Counted from the first letter of the stretch, positions 27,508 through 37,302 are shown. The stretch: DNA of 64,000 nt from Myxococcota bacterium (GCA_965223415.1 OZ245002.1:3680001-3744000), one strand, 5' to 3'. Numbers and translations are program-made. The notes: generated by a model not told the origin, from the letters alone.

Positions 27508-28919
27508 GCGGTGCGCTCCAGGCGGGCGGCGAAGAAGCCGTCCGTGTCGTGGCGATGGGGCCAGGTGGAGAGCCAGCCGCTGTCGCCGAGTAACGGCCGC
27601 ACCGCTTCGGGCAGTGCCTCCGGCCCGCAGGGGGCGAAGTCCCGGGCCTCGGAGAGGAAGCCCTCGACCAGCGCCTCGTTCTCCTCGGCGAGCAGGGTGC
27701 AGGTACTGTACACGAGGCAGCCGCCGGGCCGGACCGCCGCGGCGGCCCGGCGCAGGACCTGTTGCTGCACCTGGACGAGCCGCTCGACCACCGCGGCGTC
27801 GAAGCGCCAGCGGGCATCCGGGTTGCGACGCAGGGTGCCGAGGCCGGAGCACGGCGCGTCCACCAGCACCCGGTCGAAGAGCGCGCCCTCGTCCGGGAGC
27901 GGCTGGGTCGCGTCCACCTCGCGGGGGTGCAGGTTCGTGAGGCCCAGACGGCGCGCGCCCCGGGCCACCAGCGCGAGGCGTCGCGGGTTGCGGTCGTAGG
28001 CGTCGACCCGTCCCGTATCGCCGACCCGCTCGGCGATGGCGCCCGCCTTGCCCCCGGGCGCGGCGCACACGTCGAGCACGCGCTCGCCGGGCTGCGGGTC
28101 GAGCAGCTCCACCACGAGCTGGGAGCCCTCGTCCTGGATGGTGAAGCGGCCGTCGAGGAAGGCCGGGTCGTGGCCCGGGAAGCCGTGATGACCCAGATCG
28201 ATGCCGAGGGGTGCATGGCGGCACGGCTTCGCATCCGGCAGGCGCGTGCGGAGCTCCTCCAGCAGTGCGTCGCGGGTGGTGCGTCGCGGGTTGGCCCGGG
28301 CGACCAGCGGCGGCACCTTGTTGGACGCCTCGGCGAGGCGAGCCGCCTCTTCGGCTCCGAAGCGCGCGAGCCAACGCTCGGCGATCGGCGCCGGCAGCGA
28401 AAGCACGTCCACGAGGTGGGCGAGGGGATCCTCCTCGAGGCGCGGCAGGGGGATCGTCTCGTGGCCCCGGGCCAGCCGGCGGAGCACGGCGTTCACCAGG
28501 CCCGCCGCCCGGGAGACGCCGAGCGCCCGGGCGCAGCGCACGGTCTGGTCGACGGCCGCCGCCGACGGGACCGAGTGCTCGAACACGATCTGGTAGGCGC
28601 CGACCCGCAACAGGGTGGTGACCAGGGCCTCGAGTCGCTCCCCGGGCCGGTCGAGCACCGCGCGCAGCAGAGCGTCCAGGTGCCCGCGCCAGCGGAGCGT
28701 TCCGTAGACGAGCTCTGTGGCGAAGGCGCGGTCGCGGGGCGAGAGATCGCTGCGTCGCAGCGCGGCGGCGAGAGCGAGATCCGCGTAGGCGCCGGCCCGC
28801 TCCACCCGCTCGAGGACGCGCACGGCGACGATGCGCGCCTGGGTGGGCGTGGTGCCGCGCCGGGGGCCGGCGCTCGCCTGGGGGCGCCCGCGGCGCCGGC
28901 GGGAGAGGCCACGGCTCAT
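27504..28919 (-). CDS. rsmB: 16S rRNA m5C967 methyltransferase RsmB
   Basis: NusB-like N-terminus, IQDEGSQ, DVCAAPGGK, DAPCSGLG, YSTCT; ATG 28919. Confidence 0.95.
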   Translation of the reverse strand: MSRGLSRRRRGRPQASAGPRRGTTPTQARIVAVRVLERVERAGAYADLALAAALRRSDLSPRDRAFATELVYGTLRWRGHLDALLRAVLDRPGERLEALVTTLLRVGAYQIVFEHSVPSAAAVDQTVRCARALGVSRAAGLVNAVLRRLARGHETIPLPRLEEDPLAHLVDVLSLPAPIAERWLARFGAEEAARLAEASNKVPPLVARANPRRTTRDALLEELRTRLPDAKPCRHAPLGIDLGHHGFPGHDPAFLDGRFTIQDEGSQLVVELLDPQPGERVLDVCAAPGGKAGAIAERVGDTGRVDAYDRNPRRLALVARGARRLGLTNLHPREVDATQPLPDEGALFDRVLVDAPCSGLGTLRRNPDARWRFDAAVVERLVQVQQQVLRRAAAAVRPGGCLVYSTCTLLAEENEALVEGFLSEARDFAPCGPEALPEAVRPLLGDSGWLSTWPHRHDTDGFFAARLERTA

Positions 28920-29872
28920 GCCTGGGCCCCGCCGAGCACCGTGCCGTCGGCCAGGCCGCGCCCGCGCTGGAACGCCGCCGCCTCGAGGGGCTTGCCGCCG
29001 GGCCGCTGCAGCCGCAGCGCGCGCAGCCAGCCCTCGCCGGTGGCGATGCGCAGCCCGCCGTCGTCCGTGCGCACCGTGCCCGGTGCAGCCTCCGCCGGCC
29101 CCGGCTCGGCCCGCGCCGCAAGGATGCGCAGGGTCTCGTCGCCCGCCGTCGTGAAGGCGCCCGGGCGCGGGGCCATGGCCCGCACCCGCCGGGCGAGCGA
29201 CTCCGCCGCGTCCCGCCAATCGAGCCGGGCGTCCTCGCGCTCGATCTTCGGCGCGAGGGTGGCGCGGGCGTGGTCCTGCTCGGCCCACTGGACCTCGCCC
29301 CGGGCGATGGCGTCCACGGCCTCGGCGACGGCCTCGGCGGTGAGCTCGGCGATGCGCTCGGTGAGTCGGCCGCAGTCCCCGTCGGCGTCGATCGGCGTGC
29401 GTTTCTCGAGCGCGACCGGCCCGGCGTCCATTTCCTTCTCGACCCGCATCACCGAGACGCCGGTCTCCGCATCGCCCGCCAGCAGCGCGTGGGCGATGGG
29501 CGCGGCGCCCCGGTGGCGGGGGAGCAGGCTCGCGTGGCCGTTGATCAGGTAGCCCAGCGACGGCAGCTCGCGAATGCGTCTGGGCAGGAACTGGCCGAAG
29601 GCGACCACGACGCCCAGGTCCGGCCGGGTGGCCCGGAGCTCCTCGGCCACGTCCGAGGCGCCCACCTTCTCGGGCCGGAAGAGCGGGAGGTCCGCGGCGA
29701 GGGCGCGGGCCGCGACCGGCGAGGGCGACGCCTTGCGCCCGCGTCCGCGCCGCCGGTCCGGCTGGCTCACCACGCCTACCAAGGGATGGGGCCCGGCCGC
29801 CAGGCGATCGAGGGTCGGCACGGCGAACTCCGGCGTTCCGAAGAAGAGCAGGCGGAGACGCGGCGCACTCAG
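28916..29872 (-). CDS. fmt: Methionyl-tRNA formyltransferase (start codon uncertain, probably CTG)
   Basis: Frame is open upstream of the tracked GTG and reads LRLLFFGTPEFAVP; NGHASLLPRHRGAAP, MDAGP motifs. Confidence 0.93.
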   Translation of the reverse strand: MSAPRLRLLFFGTPEFAVPTLDRLAAGPHPLVGVVSQPDRRRGRGRKASPSPVAARALAADLPLFRPEKVGASDVAEELRATRPDLGVVVAFGQFLPRRIRELPSLGYLINGHASLLPRHRGAAPIAHALLAGDAETGVSVMRVEKEMDAGPVALEKRTPIDADGDCGRLTERIAELTAEAVAEAVDAIARGEVQWAEQDHARATLAPKIEREDARLDWRDAAESLARRVRAMAPRPGAFTTAGDETLRILAARAEPGPAEAAPGTVRTDDGGLRIATGEGWLRALRLQRPGGKPLEAAAFQRGRGLADGTVLGGAQA

Positions 29873-30414
29873 AGGGCGCCGCCCTGCACCGTCTCTTCCT
29901 CCTCCTCGAGCCGCTGCGCCTTCCTGCGCTTCTTGACGTAGAGGCTGCGCTTCAGCCGGCTGATGCGGTCGATGAACAGCACGCCGTCGAGGTGGTCGAT
30001 CTCATGCTGGAAGCAAACGGCGCGCAGCTCCTCGCACTCCTCGACGAACTCCTGGCCGTCGAGGTCCGTGTAACGGACCGTGACCCGCGACGCGCGCTCG
30101 ACCTCGGCCTGGAAGTCCGGCACCGAGAGGCAGCCCTCCGTCCAGGTGACCGTGCCCTCTCGCTCCAGGATCTCCGGGTTCACGATCACGCGCGGATCGC
30201 GGTCGTTCCCCTCCTCGGTCCACTCCGTGTCCATCACCACCAGGCGGATCGCCTCGCCCACCTGGGGCGCGGCCAGGCCGATGCCCGGCTCGTCGTACAT
30301 GACGTCGATCATCTCCGCGGCGAGCTCGCGGAGCGCGTCGGTCACCTGGCCCACGGGCTCGCAGACGCGCTTCAGGCGAGGATCGGGGAACTGGAGCACC
30401 GGTCGGAGCGCCAT
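29869..30414 (-). CDS. def: Peptide deformylase
   Basis: GIGLAAPQ, EGCLS, QHEIDHLDG motifs. Confidence 0.97.
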   Translation of the reverse strand: MALRPVLQFPDPRLKRVCEPVGQVTDALRELAAEMIDVMYDEPGIGLAAPQVGEAIRLVVMDTEWTEEGNDRDPRVIVNPEILEREGTVTWTEGCLSVPDFQAEVERASRVTVRYTDLDGQEFVEECEELRAVCFQHEIDHLDGVLFIDRISRLKRSLYVKKRRKAQRLEEEEETVQGGAL

Positions 30415-30462
30415 GCCGCGCAACGTAGCAATCGGCCCGAAAACGTGTCGAGGAACGCCGGC

Positions 30463-32931
30463 TCAGAGCATGTCGAAGGGGTGCAGGTCGACGCTGGCGC
30501 GCACGCCCGACGGAAGTCCCTCCAGCGCCGCGGCCACCTGCTCGGCGGCCCGGCGTACCACCGACCGGTTCCGATGCTTGAGCAGCACCTGGAAGCGGTG
30601 ACGGCCCCGCAGCCGCGCGATCGGCGAGGGTGCTGGCCCGAGCACCTCGCAAGGCTCGGCTCCGCCGCCCGCCCGCGCGAGGGCGGCGAGGCGCTCGGCG
30701 AAGCTCGCGGCCCGCGCTTCGTCCTCGGCGCTCACCCGCACCTGGGCCAGGCTCGCCAGCGGCGGGTAGCCGAGGCTCGCGCGATGCGTGAGCTCCTCCT
30801 GGTAGAAGCCCTCGTAGTCGTGGCGCACGACCGGTGCGATCGCGTAGTGCTCCGGGCTCGAGGTCTGCACGATCACGCGTCCGGGCAGCCCGCCGCGGCC
30901 GGCACGGCCCGCCACCTGGGTGAGGAGCTGGAAGGTCCGCTCGGCCGCGCGGAAGTCCGGGAAGTGCAGGCCCAGGTCGGCGTTGACCACGCCCACCAGG
31001 CGCACGCCCGGGAAGTCGTGCCCCTTGGCCACCATCTGGGTTCCGATCAGCACGTCGATGGTGCCTTCCCGCAGGCCGCGCAGGATCTCCTCGGTGGCGC
31101 CGCGACGCGTCGTGGTGTCCCGGTCGAGGCGCGCGCTGCGCGCCTCGGGCAGGTGCACCCGCACCTCCTCCTCGAGCCGCTCCGTGCCGAGGCCGAGGAG
31201 CGCCGTCGCATCCGCACCGCACTGGGGACAGAGCTCTGGCGGCGCCTCCTGGTGGTCGCAGTAGTGACAGCGCAGGAGGTTCTGGCCCGCGTGATAGGTG
31301 AGGGAGATGTCGCAGTGCTTGCAGCGGCAGACGTGCTGGCACTCGAAGCAGGCGATCTGGGTGGAGAAGCCGCGGCGGTTGAGCAGCAGGATCGCCTGGC
31401 CGCCGTCGCGGGTGGTCTCACGCAGGCCGCGCAGGAGGCTCGCGCCGAGGATCAGCTTGCGGCCCCGGGGGAGCGCGGCGCGCTCGCGCCGCAGGTCGAT
31501 GAGCTCCACCGCCGGAAGCGGCTGGCCGCCGGGCCGGTGCTCGAGGCGGACGCGGCGCACGTGGCCGCGCTCGGCCGCATGGCGCACCTCCAGGGACGGC
31601 GTGGCCGAGCCCAGGACGAGGGGGCAGCCCTCGGCCCGCGCCCGCCGCGCCGCGAAGCGGCGCGCGTGGTAGCGGAAACCTTCTTCGTTCTTGTACGCGC
31701 CGTCGTGCTCCTCGTCGATCACGACCACGCCGAGGTCCCGCAGCGGCGCGAACAGCGCCGAGCGTGCGCCGACGGCGATCGGCACCTCGCCGCGTCGCAG
31801 CCGCTCCCACTGGGCGAGGCGCTCGCCGGGCTTGAGGCCGCTGTGGAGAACCGCCAGCCGGTCCCCGAAGCGTGCGCGCAGGCGGCCCAGGATCTGGTGG
31901 GTGAGCGTGATCTCCGGGACGAGCACGAGGGCCTGACGCTCGCACCGCAGCGCCGCCGCGATCGCGCGCATGTAGACCTCGGTCTTGCCGCTGCCGGTGA
32001 CGCCGTGGAGCAGGAAGGTCTCGGGCGCGCGGCTCTCGATGGAAGCGGCGATGGCGTCGGTGGCGATGCGCTGCTCCGGGGTGAGCACCACCTCCTTGTC
32101 CGGCTCCCGGGCCGGGGCACCGGGCAGGACGTCGCGCTCTTCCAGACGGACGAGACCGCGGCGCTCGAGGCTGCGCAGGGTGGTCGCCGCCCGGGGGAAA
32201 CGCTGGTTCAGGGAGGTGAGCGAAGCGGGGCCGGCGCGGAGGGCCTCCGCCAGCTCCGCCTGGCGCGGGGCACGGGCGAGAGGGCCGGCCAGGGCGGCTT
32301 CGACGTCCGCGTCGGGGGCGAGGGCGGCCCAGCGCTCGCGGGGCACCCGGCTGCGGGGCCCCCGCTCGTCGAAGACCGCGGCGACGAGGCCGTCCTGCTC
32401 CCACGCAGCGAGTCGATCCGAGAGCGCCGGCGCGCGGCGCAGCACCTCAGGCGGCGTGCGCGGCCGACGCCCGATCCACTCGAGGAGAGCGGCCTCCTCG
32501 CGGCGGATGGCGCCGGCGCGGAGCGCCTCGTGGCCCCGCGGTGTGAGCGCCAGGGCCCTGACCGTCCGGGGCGTGCCCCCGGGCGGGAGCGCCGCCGCCA
32601 GCGCCACGCCCGGCGGGCACAGCACCTCCCGCGCCTCTTCGAGCAGGGCGGTGAGGAGCCGGGGCGGGAAGACCGGCGTGGCGTCGAGCCGCTTCTGGAT
32701 CGGCCGCAGCTTCCGCAGGCCCGGGTCCGGGCTGGTGTCCGTGGAGACGACCACCCCGACGAGGCTCTGCCCGCCCGCACGGACCCGGACGCGGCATCCG
32801 ACCAGGTCGTCGCTTGCCAAGTCGGCCGGAAGGGCGTAGTCGAAGAGCTGAGGGGACGGGAGGGGAAGGGCGACGCGGGCGCAGGGCAGCGCCTCCTGCG
32901 GCACGTCTTCCGGAAACAGGCTCCCCGTCAT
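30463..32931 (-). CDS. priA: Primosomal protein N'
   Basis: GVTGSGKTEVY, DEEHD, four CxxC pairs, GTQMVAKGHDF, QVAGRAGR. Confidence 0.96.
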   Translation of the reverse strand: MTGSLFPEDVPQEALPCARVALPLPSPQLFDYALPADLASDDLVGCRVRVRAGGQSLVGVVVSTDTSPDPGLRKLRPIQKRLDATPVFPPRLLTALLEEAREVLCPPGVALAAALPPGGTPRTVRALALTPRGHEALRAGAIRREEAALLEWIGRRPRTPPEVLRRAPALSDRLAAWEQDGLVAAVFDERGPRSRVPRERWAALAPDADVEAALAGPLARAPRQAELAEALRAGPASLTSLNQRFPRAATTLRSLERRGLVRLEERDVLPGAPAREPDKEVVLTPEQRIATDAIAASIESRAPETFLLHGVTGSGKTEVYMRAIAAALRCERQALVLVPEITLTHQILGRLRARFGDRLAVLHSGLKPGERLAQWERLRRGEVPIAVGARSALFAPLRDLGVVVIDEEHDGAYKNEEGFRYHARRFAARRARAEGCPLVLGSATPSLEVRHAAERGHVRRVRLEHRPGGQPLPAVELIDLRRERAALPRGRKLILGASLLRGLRETTRDGGQAILLLNRRGFSTQIACFECQHVCRCKHCDISLTYHAGQNLLRCHYCDHQEAPPELCPQCGADATALLGLGTERLEEEVRVHLPEARSARLDRDTTTRRGATEEILRGLREGTIDVLIGTQMVAKGHDFPGVRLVGVVNADLGLHFPDFRAAERTFQLLTQVAGRAGRGGLPGRVIVQTSSPEHYAIAPVVRHDYEGFYQEELTHRASLGYPPLASLAQVRVSAEDEARAASFAERLAALARAGGGAEPCEVLGPAPSPIARLRGRHRFQVLLKHRNRSVVRRAAEQVAAALEGLPSGVRASVDLHPFDML

Positions 32932-32965
32932 CGCGGCTGAGTGTAACGGGGAGGCGGAGCGGCGA

Positions 32966-33661
32966 ATGGGGGCGGTGCGGAAGGGCGCGCGGGTCACGCA
33001 GCAGGGGAGACGGCGCTTCCTGCGGGTCGACGACACCTACGCCTCCAGCTACGAGCCCGGGCGCATCGCGACGGGCTCCGTGTGGGACGCGATCGCCTGT
33101 GGCGTGCTGGCGCTGCCCACCGCGCGGAGGCGGCGCATCCTGCTGCTCGGCCTGGGCGGGGGGAGTGCCGCGCGCATCGTGCGGGCCCTGGCGCCGGGGG
33201 CGCACATCGTCGGCGTCGAGCTCTCCGCCGACGTCGTGCGGCTCGCCCGGGAGCAGCTCGAGCTCGACGCCCTCGGCCTCGAGGTGCGGATCGCGGACGC
33301 GCGCGACGAGATGGCGAGGGGCCGCGCCCGCTACGACGCGATTCTCGAGGACGTGTTCGTCGGGGGTGGGCGCGAGGCGTACAAGCCCGACGGGTTGCCC
33401 CATCCGGTGCTGGATCGGGCGCACGGGCGGCTGCGGCCGGGCGGCGTGCTCGTCTCCAACGCCCTGGACGAGGCGCCAGCGGTTCGCCGGGCCATGGTGG
33501 GCCTGTTCGAGCAGGTCGTCGAGATCTCCCTCGCGGACTACGACAACCGGATCTACGTGGGTAGGGATGGCCCGCTCGACGCCCGGAGCCTGCGAGCCGA
33601 GGTGGCACGAGATCCGATCTTGTCGGAATCGCTCTCGCAGCTCCGGTTTCGAACCGCTTGA
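32966..33661 (+). CDS. Class I SAM-dependent methyltransferase (spermidine synthase-like)
   Basis: LLLGLGGGS, GVELS, ADA...YDAILED, LRPGG motifs. Confidence 0.8.
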   Translation: MGAVRKGARVTQQGRRRFLRVDDTYASSYEPGRIATGSVWDAIACGVLALPTARRRRILLLGLGGGSAARIVRALAPGAHIVGVELSADVVRLAREQLELDALGLEVRIADARDEMARGRARYDAILEDVFVGGGREAYKPDGLPHPVLDRAHGRLRPGGVLVSNALDEAPAVRRAMVGLFEQVVEISLADYDNRIYVGRDGPLDARSLRAEVARDPILSESLSQLRFRTA

Positions 33662-33664
33662 GTC

Positions 33665-34401
33665 TCAGCGCCGACCGGCGACGAGGCAGCCGGTGCCGGT
33701 CAGGGCCATCCCGAGCAAGGCGAGCGCAGCCGCGCTCGGCTCCGGCACGAAGTGGAGGGTCAGGGTCGAGGCAGAGGCCGTTCGCCAGCCGAACACGTTC
33801 CCTGCGGACTGGAACTCGGTAATCACCGGGGCGACGAGGGTAATCGTTCCTCCGCCCGAGGGCGTCAAGCTGATCGAGCCCATGGCGGTGAAGTTCGGGA
33901 GCGGTCGGCCGAAGGAGGACATGCCGGACGGCGTGAATGTCGTTCCCGTGCGTCCCGTCGCCACGAAGGTGCCGGGCGTCCAGGAGAAGAAGGTGGCGCG
34001 TTCCGTGACCGGCGTGCCAAGAATGGCGCCGCCAGGTTCGCGGCCCCGATGCCCTGGTTCGCAATCACGCCACCTGGAGTGATGGCGAGCGTCTGGGAGC
34101 CGCCCAACGTCTGCACGGGGGTGACCTGTGGAGGACCCGGATGCACGGTCCGGAAGGACAGCGGAAGGACCGTGATCGCCACCTGGGCGAAGCCGCTACC
34201 ACCCGACGTCCCGCTGGCCAGGAGGCTGCCGCCAGAGGTGGTGAGGGTGAAGGGATTGCCGCTCAGACCGAACCCGAGGCCCGAGTGGAAGGTGCCCGTC
34301 CAGGTGGCCGACGTCAGGACGCCCGCCCGAGCTGCGGGAGCCGCAGCGAGGACCAGGGCGAAGAGAGCGAAGGCGCGACGGATTCTCACGGCTGGTAGCA
34401 T
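33665..34401 (-). pseudogene. Frameshifted PEP-CTERM surface protein
   Basis: Signal peptide and Gly/Thr-rich N-half lie in one frame; the C-half ending VPEPSAAALALLGMAL..RR lies in another; shift near 34030-34060. Confidence 0.7.
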
Positions 34402-34403
34402 AC

Positions 34404-34418
34404 GCAAGCCCGGGGCCG
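34404..34418 (-). promoter_or_regulatory. Possible sigma54 -24/-12 element
   Basis: CGGCCC-CGGGC-TTGC (GG-N10-GC) directly upstream of a PEP-CTERM gene, a class known to be sigma54/PrsR-linked; weak match in GC-rich DNA. Confidence 0.25.
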
Positions 34419-34504
34419 GGCGCGGGCAGCCGCGAGAGTGCGCCGGACCCGCTCGGGGGGGAATGGCTTTTTCCTTCGAGGGAAGCGACGTTCCCTCGCC
34501 GCCG

Positions 34505-35317
34505 CTACCCCGATCCCTCCCCCAGGAAATGGAGCACGGTCCGGTTGAACTCCAGCGCGCACTCCGCCATCACGAGGTGGGCGCCCCAGGGAAGCGTCAC
34601 CATGTGGGCGTTCGGCATCTCGTCGGCCAGCTCCCGGGCGAACTTCCCGGGTGTGAGCTGGTCCTGCCGGCCGGTGAGCACGAGGGTAGGGTGCTCGATC
34701 TCGCGCAGGCGGTCGTAGGTGTCGTGGGCGAGGCAGGCGTCGCACTGGCGCATCAGGACGTCGGCATCGAGGGGCGGCGCGCCGCCGGGAAAGCTGCGAC
34801 TCATGGCCTCGATCAGGTCGCTCTGCTCGAGGGTTTCCTCCTGCAGCGTCCAGAGCAGGCGCTCGCGGGTGAAGACTTCGGCGGAGGTGCCCTCCCGGGC
34901 CATCTCCCGCCACTTCTCGATCAGCAGGCGGCGCTTGGCGTCCGGCCGCGCATAGGTGCCGACCAGGATCAGCCGGTCGACCCGCTCCGGATGGCGGAGC
35001 GCAAGCTCCTGGGCGGTCATCCCGCCCAGAAAGACGCCGAGCACGTGGGCCCGCTCGATCCCGAGGGCGCCCAGTAGCGCGTCCACGTCGTCCGCCAGGT
35101 CTGCCGTCGTGAAGGGGCCGCCCGGGTCCTCGCTCTCGCCGACCCCCCGGTTGTCGAAGAGCGCCAGCCGGTGATGGGGCGACAGCTCCGGCACCTGCAG
35201 CGGGTGCCAGCCCCGACACGACCCCGCAAGCCCCATCACCAGGACGAGCGGCGGCGCCCCCTCCGGCCCGTGCAGCTCGTAGTAGACCTTGCGCCCGCCG
35301 GCGTCGATCAACGCCAT
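34505..35317 (-). CDS. Alpha/beta hydrolase fold protein (nucleophile elbow GVFLG lacks Ser)
   Basis: LVLVMGLAG, FDNRGVG, AHVLGVFLGG, GRQD, GAH motifs; ATG 35317. Confidence 0.85.
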   Translation of the reverse strand: MALIDAGGRKVYYELHGPEGAPPLVLVMGLAGSCRGWHPLQVPELSPHHRLALFDNRGVGESEDPGGPFTTADLADDVDALLGALGIERAHVLGVFLGGMTAQELALRHPERVDRLILVGTYARPDAKRRLLIEKWREMAREGTSAEVFTRERLLWTLQEETLEQSDLIEAMSRSFPGGAPPLDADVLMRQCDACLAHDTYDRLREIEHPTLVLTGRQDQLTPGKFARELADEMPNAHMVTLPWGAHLVMAECALEFNRTVLHFLGEGSG

Positions 35318-35333
35318 GCTCGCATTGTACGCA

Positions 35334-35391
35334 ACCGAGGGGACGCGCCTCAACGCGACACCCGGGTTGCGTCGAGGCGCGTTCCCTCGGT
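35334..35391. repeat. 26-bp imperfect inverted repeat downstream of mglA
   Basis: ACCGAGGGGACGCGCCTCAACGCGAC-N6-GTTGCGTCGAGGCGCGTTCCCTCGGT, 23/26 Watson-Crick pairs. Confidence 0.75.
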
Positions 35392-35396
35392 GGCGT

Positions 35397-35987
35397 CTAT
35401 CGGGAGAGGCGTTTGAGGTCGGAGAGGACGCTCTTGGCGACGGCCTTGAGGGTCTCGAAGACGCCTTCGCCGGTGGTGGCGCTGGCCTCGAAGTCCGGTA
35501 CGCCCAGCGTGTTGATCTGGCGGCGGAGCTCGTCGAGAGGGGCCGCGTTCGGGAGATCCCGCTTGTTGTACTGAATGACGAAGGGGATCTTCTCGAGCTC
35601 GTAGCCCTGGTCGCGCAGGTTGACCTTCAGGTTGTCGATGCTCTCGAGGTTCGCTTCCATGCGCTCGATCTGGCTGTCGGCCACGAAGACCACGCCGTCC
35701 ACGCCCTTCAGGATGAGCTTGCGGCTGGCGTCGTAGAAGACCTGGCCCGGCACCGTGTAGAGGTGGAAGCGCGTCTTGAAGCCGCGGATCTGTCCCAGGG
35801 CCAGCGGCAGGAAGTCGAAGAAGAGCGTGCGCTCGGTCTCCGTCGCCAGGGAGATCATCTTCCCCTTCAGGTCGGGGTTCGTCTTGTTGTAGATGAACTG
35901 CAGGTTCGTCGTCTTGCCGCACAGGCCCGGCCCGTAGTAGACGATCTTGCAGTTGATCTCGCGCGACGAATAGTTGATGAAAGACAT
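35397..35987 (-). CDS. mglA: Small Ras-like GTPase MglA
   Basis: [38 protein letters not shown]: the canonical group 1 MglA sequence. Confidence 0.97.
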   Translation of the reverse strand: MSFINYSSREINCKIVYYGPGLCGKTTNLQFIYNKTNPDLKGKMISLATETERTLFFDFLPLALGQIRGFKTRFHLYTVPGQVFYDASRKLILKGVDGVVFVADSQIERMEANLESIDNLKVNLRDQGYELEKIPFVIQYNKRDLPNAAPLDELRRQINTLGVPDFEASATTGEGVFETLKAVAKSVLSDLKRLSR

Positions 35988-36008
35988 GGGGTACCGCGCT
36001 GGTCGGAG

Positions 36009-36503
36009 TTATTCGGAGAAGAGGTTGTCGATGTCGTCGTCGGTGATTTCGGCGAAGGGCGAGGCGCCGCTTCCGGTCGCCGCTTCGCTCTCGGCCTTCT
36101 TCTGGATCTCTTCGAACACCTTGGCCAGCTCGCCGCCGGCCTTCTTGACGCGCAGGCGCACGAGGCCGAGCGAGCTGCGGTCGTCGAAGACGACCACGAG
36201 GATGATGCGGCCCGCGACCAGGGTGATGTGCAGGTTGTCCCGCGTGCCCTGGTGGAAGTGAACGGGGAAGTCCTCCTCGCCGATGATCTTGGCGAGGCCG
36301 CCGGTGGCGGCGATGCTGCCGGCGGTGAGGGACGCCAGGCTCGTCGTGTCGATGCCGCGGACCTCGCCGGCCTCGGCGATCAGCTGGCCGTTCTTGTCGA
36401 CCACGAAGACGCCCTTGGCGTTCGCGTCCCGCACCAGCCGCTGGATGACGCCGAGGATCTTCTTGTAGTCCTCCTCGTACATCACGAGCTGCGTGTCCAT
36501 CAT
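36009..36503 (-). CDS. mglB: Roadblock/LC7 GAP MglB
   Basis: DANAK..F.VDKNGQLI, SLASLTAG..AATGGLA, SSLGLVRLRVK, C-terminal FAEITDDDIDNLF. Confidence 0.96.
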   Translation of the reverse strand: MMDTQLVMYEEDYKKILGVIQRLVRDANAKGVFVVDKNGQLIAEAGEVRGIDTTSLASLTAGSIAATGGLAKIIGEEDFPVHFHQGTRDNLHITLVAGRIILVVVFDDRSSLGLVRLRVKKAGGELAKVFEEIQKKAESEAATGSGASPFAEITDDDIDNLFSE

Positions 36504-36593
36504 CGCGCGATCCCCTGCCGGCTCCGCTGGTCCCCTCTCCGGGTCCCGCAGGAACCTTCGTAACTGCCCGGGTTTGAAGGACTCTTCCGAGCC

Positions 36594-36622
36594 ACAGTAC
36601 CCCCGCCCCCGAGCTGCGGCAA
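36594..36622 (-). promoter_or_regulatory. Putative sigma70 promoter of mglBA
   Basis: TTGCCG-N17-TACTGT about 90 nt upstream of mglB. Confidence 0.55.
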
Positions 36623-36702
36623 GCTGCCCGGCCGCTCCTCCGATCGGACAGCGGGAGGGTGGGCTTTAGCCCTCTCGCGAGCGCCCGGGGGCAGAAGGGG
36701 CC

Positions 36703-37302
36703 TCACTCCAGCACCTGGCGGTTCTGGATGGAGCGCCCGACGGTCACGTGGTCCGCGTATTCCAGGTCGCCGCCCATCGGCATGCCGTAGGCGATCCGGC
36801 TGAGCGCGACGCCGAGGGGCCGCAGGCGCTCGGCCAGGTAGGCCGCGGTGGCGTCGCCCTCGGCGTTCGGGTTCGTGGCGAGTACCACCTCGCGCACGCT
36901 CCCGCTGCGGGCCCGCGCCTCCAGCTCGGCGATGTGCAGGTCCTCCGGCCCCACCCCGTCGATCGGGGAGAGGGCGCCGCCCAGCACGTGGTAGAGGCCC
37001 TTGAAGCTGCCGCTGCGCTCGACGGCGGCCCGGTCCGCCGGCTCTTCCACCACGCAGATGCGGCTGCGGTCGCGGCCCTCGCTCGCGCAGATGGCGCAGG
37101 GCGACACCTCCGTGAGGTCGAAGCAGTGCTCGCACAGGACGATCTCCTGCTTCACCCGGCGAATCGCCTCCGCCAGCTCGGTCACCAGGGTCTCGGGCGC
37201 CGAGAGCAGGAAGAAGGCCAGGCGGGTGGCGGACTTCTCGCCGATGCCGGGCAGCCGGCGAAGCGCGCCGACCAGGCGCTCGATGGGCGGCGGCGTCTTC
37301 AC
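36703..37302 (-). CDS. recR: Recombination mediator RecR
   Basis: LPGIGEKSA.RLA, C4 zinc finger, Toprim ATNPNAEGDATA. Confidence 0.97.
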   Translation of the reverse strand: MKTPPPIERLVGALRRLPGIGEKSATRLAFFLLSAPETLVTELAEAIRRVKQEIVLCEHCFDLTEVSPCAICASEGRDRSRICVVEEPADRAAVERSGSFKGLYHVLGGALSPIDGVGPEDLHIAELEARARSGSVREVVLATNPNAEGDATAAYLAERLRPLGVALSRIAYGMPMGGDLEYADHVTVGRSIQNRQVLE

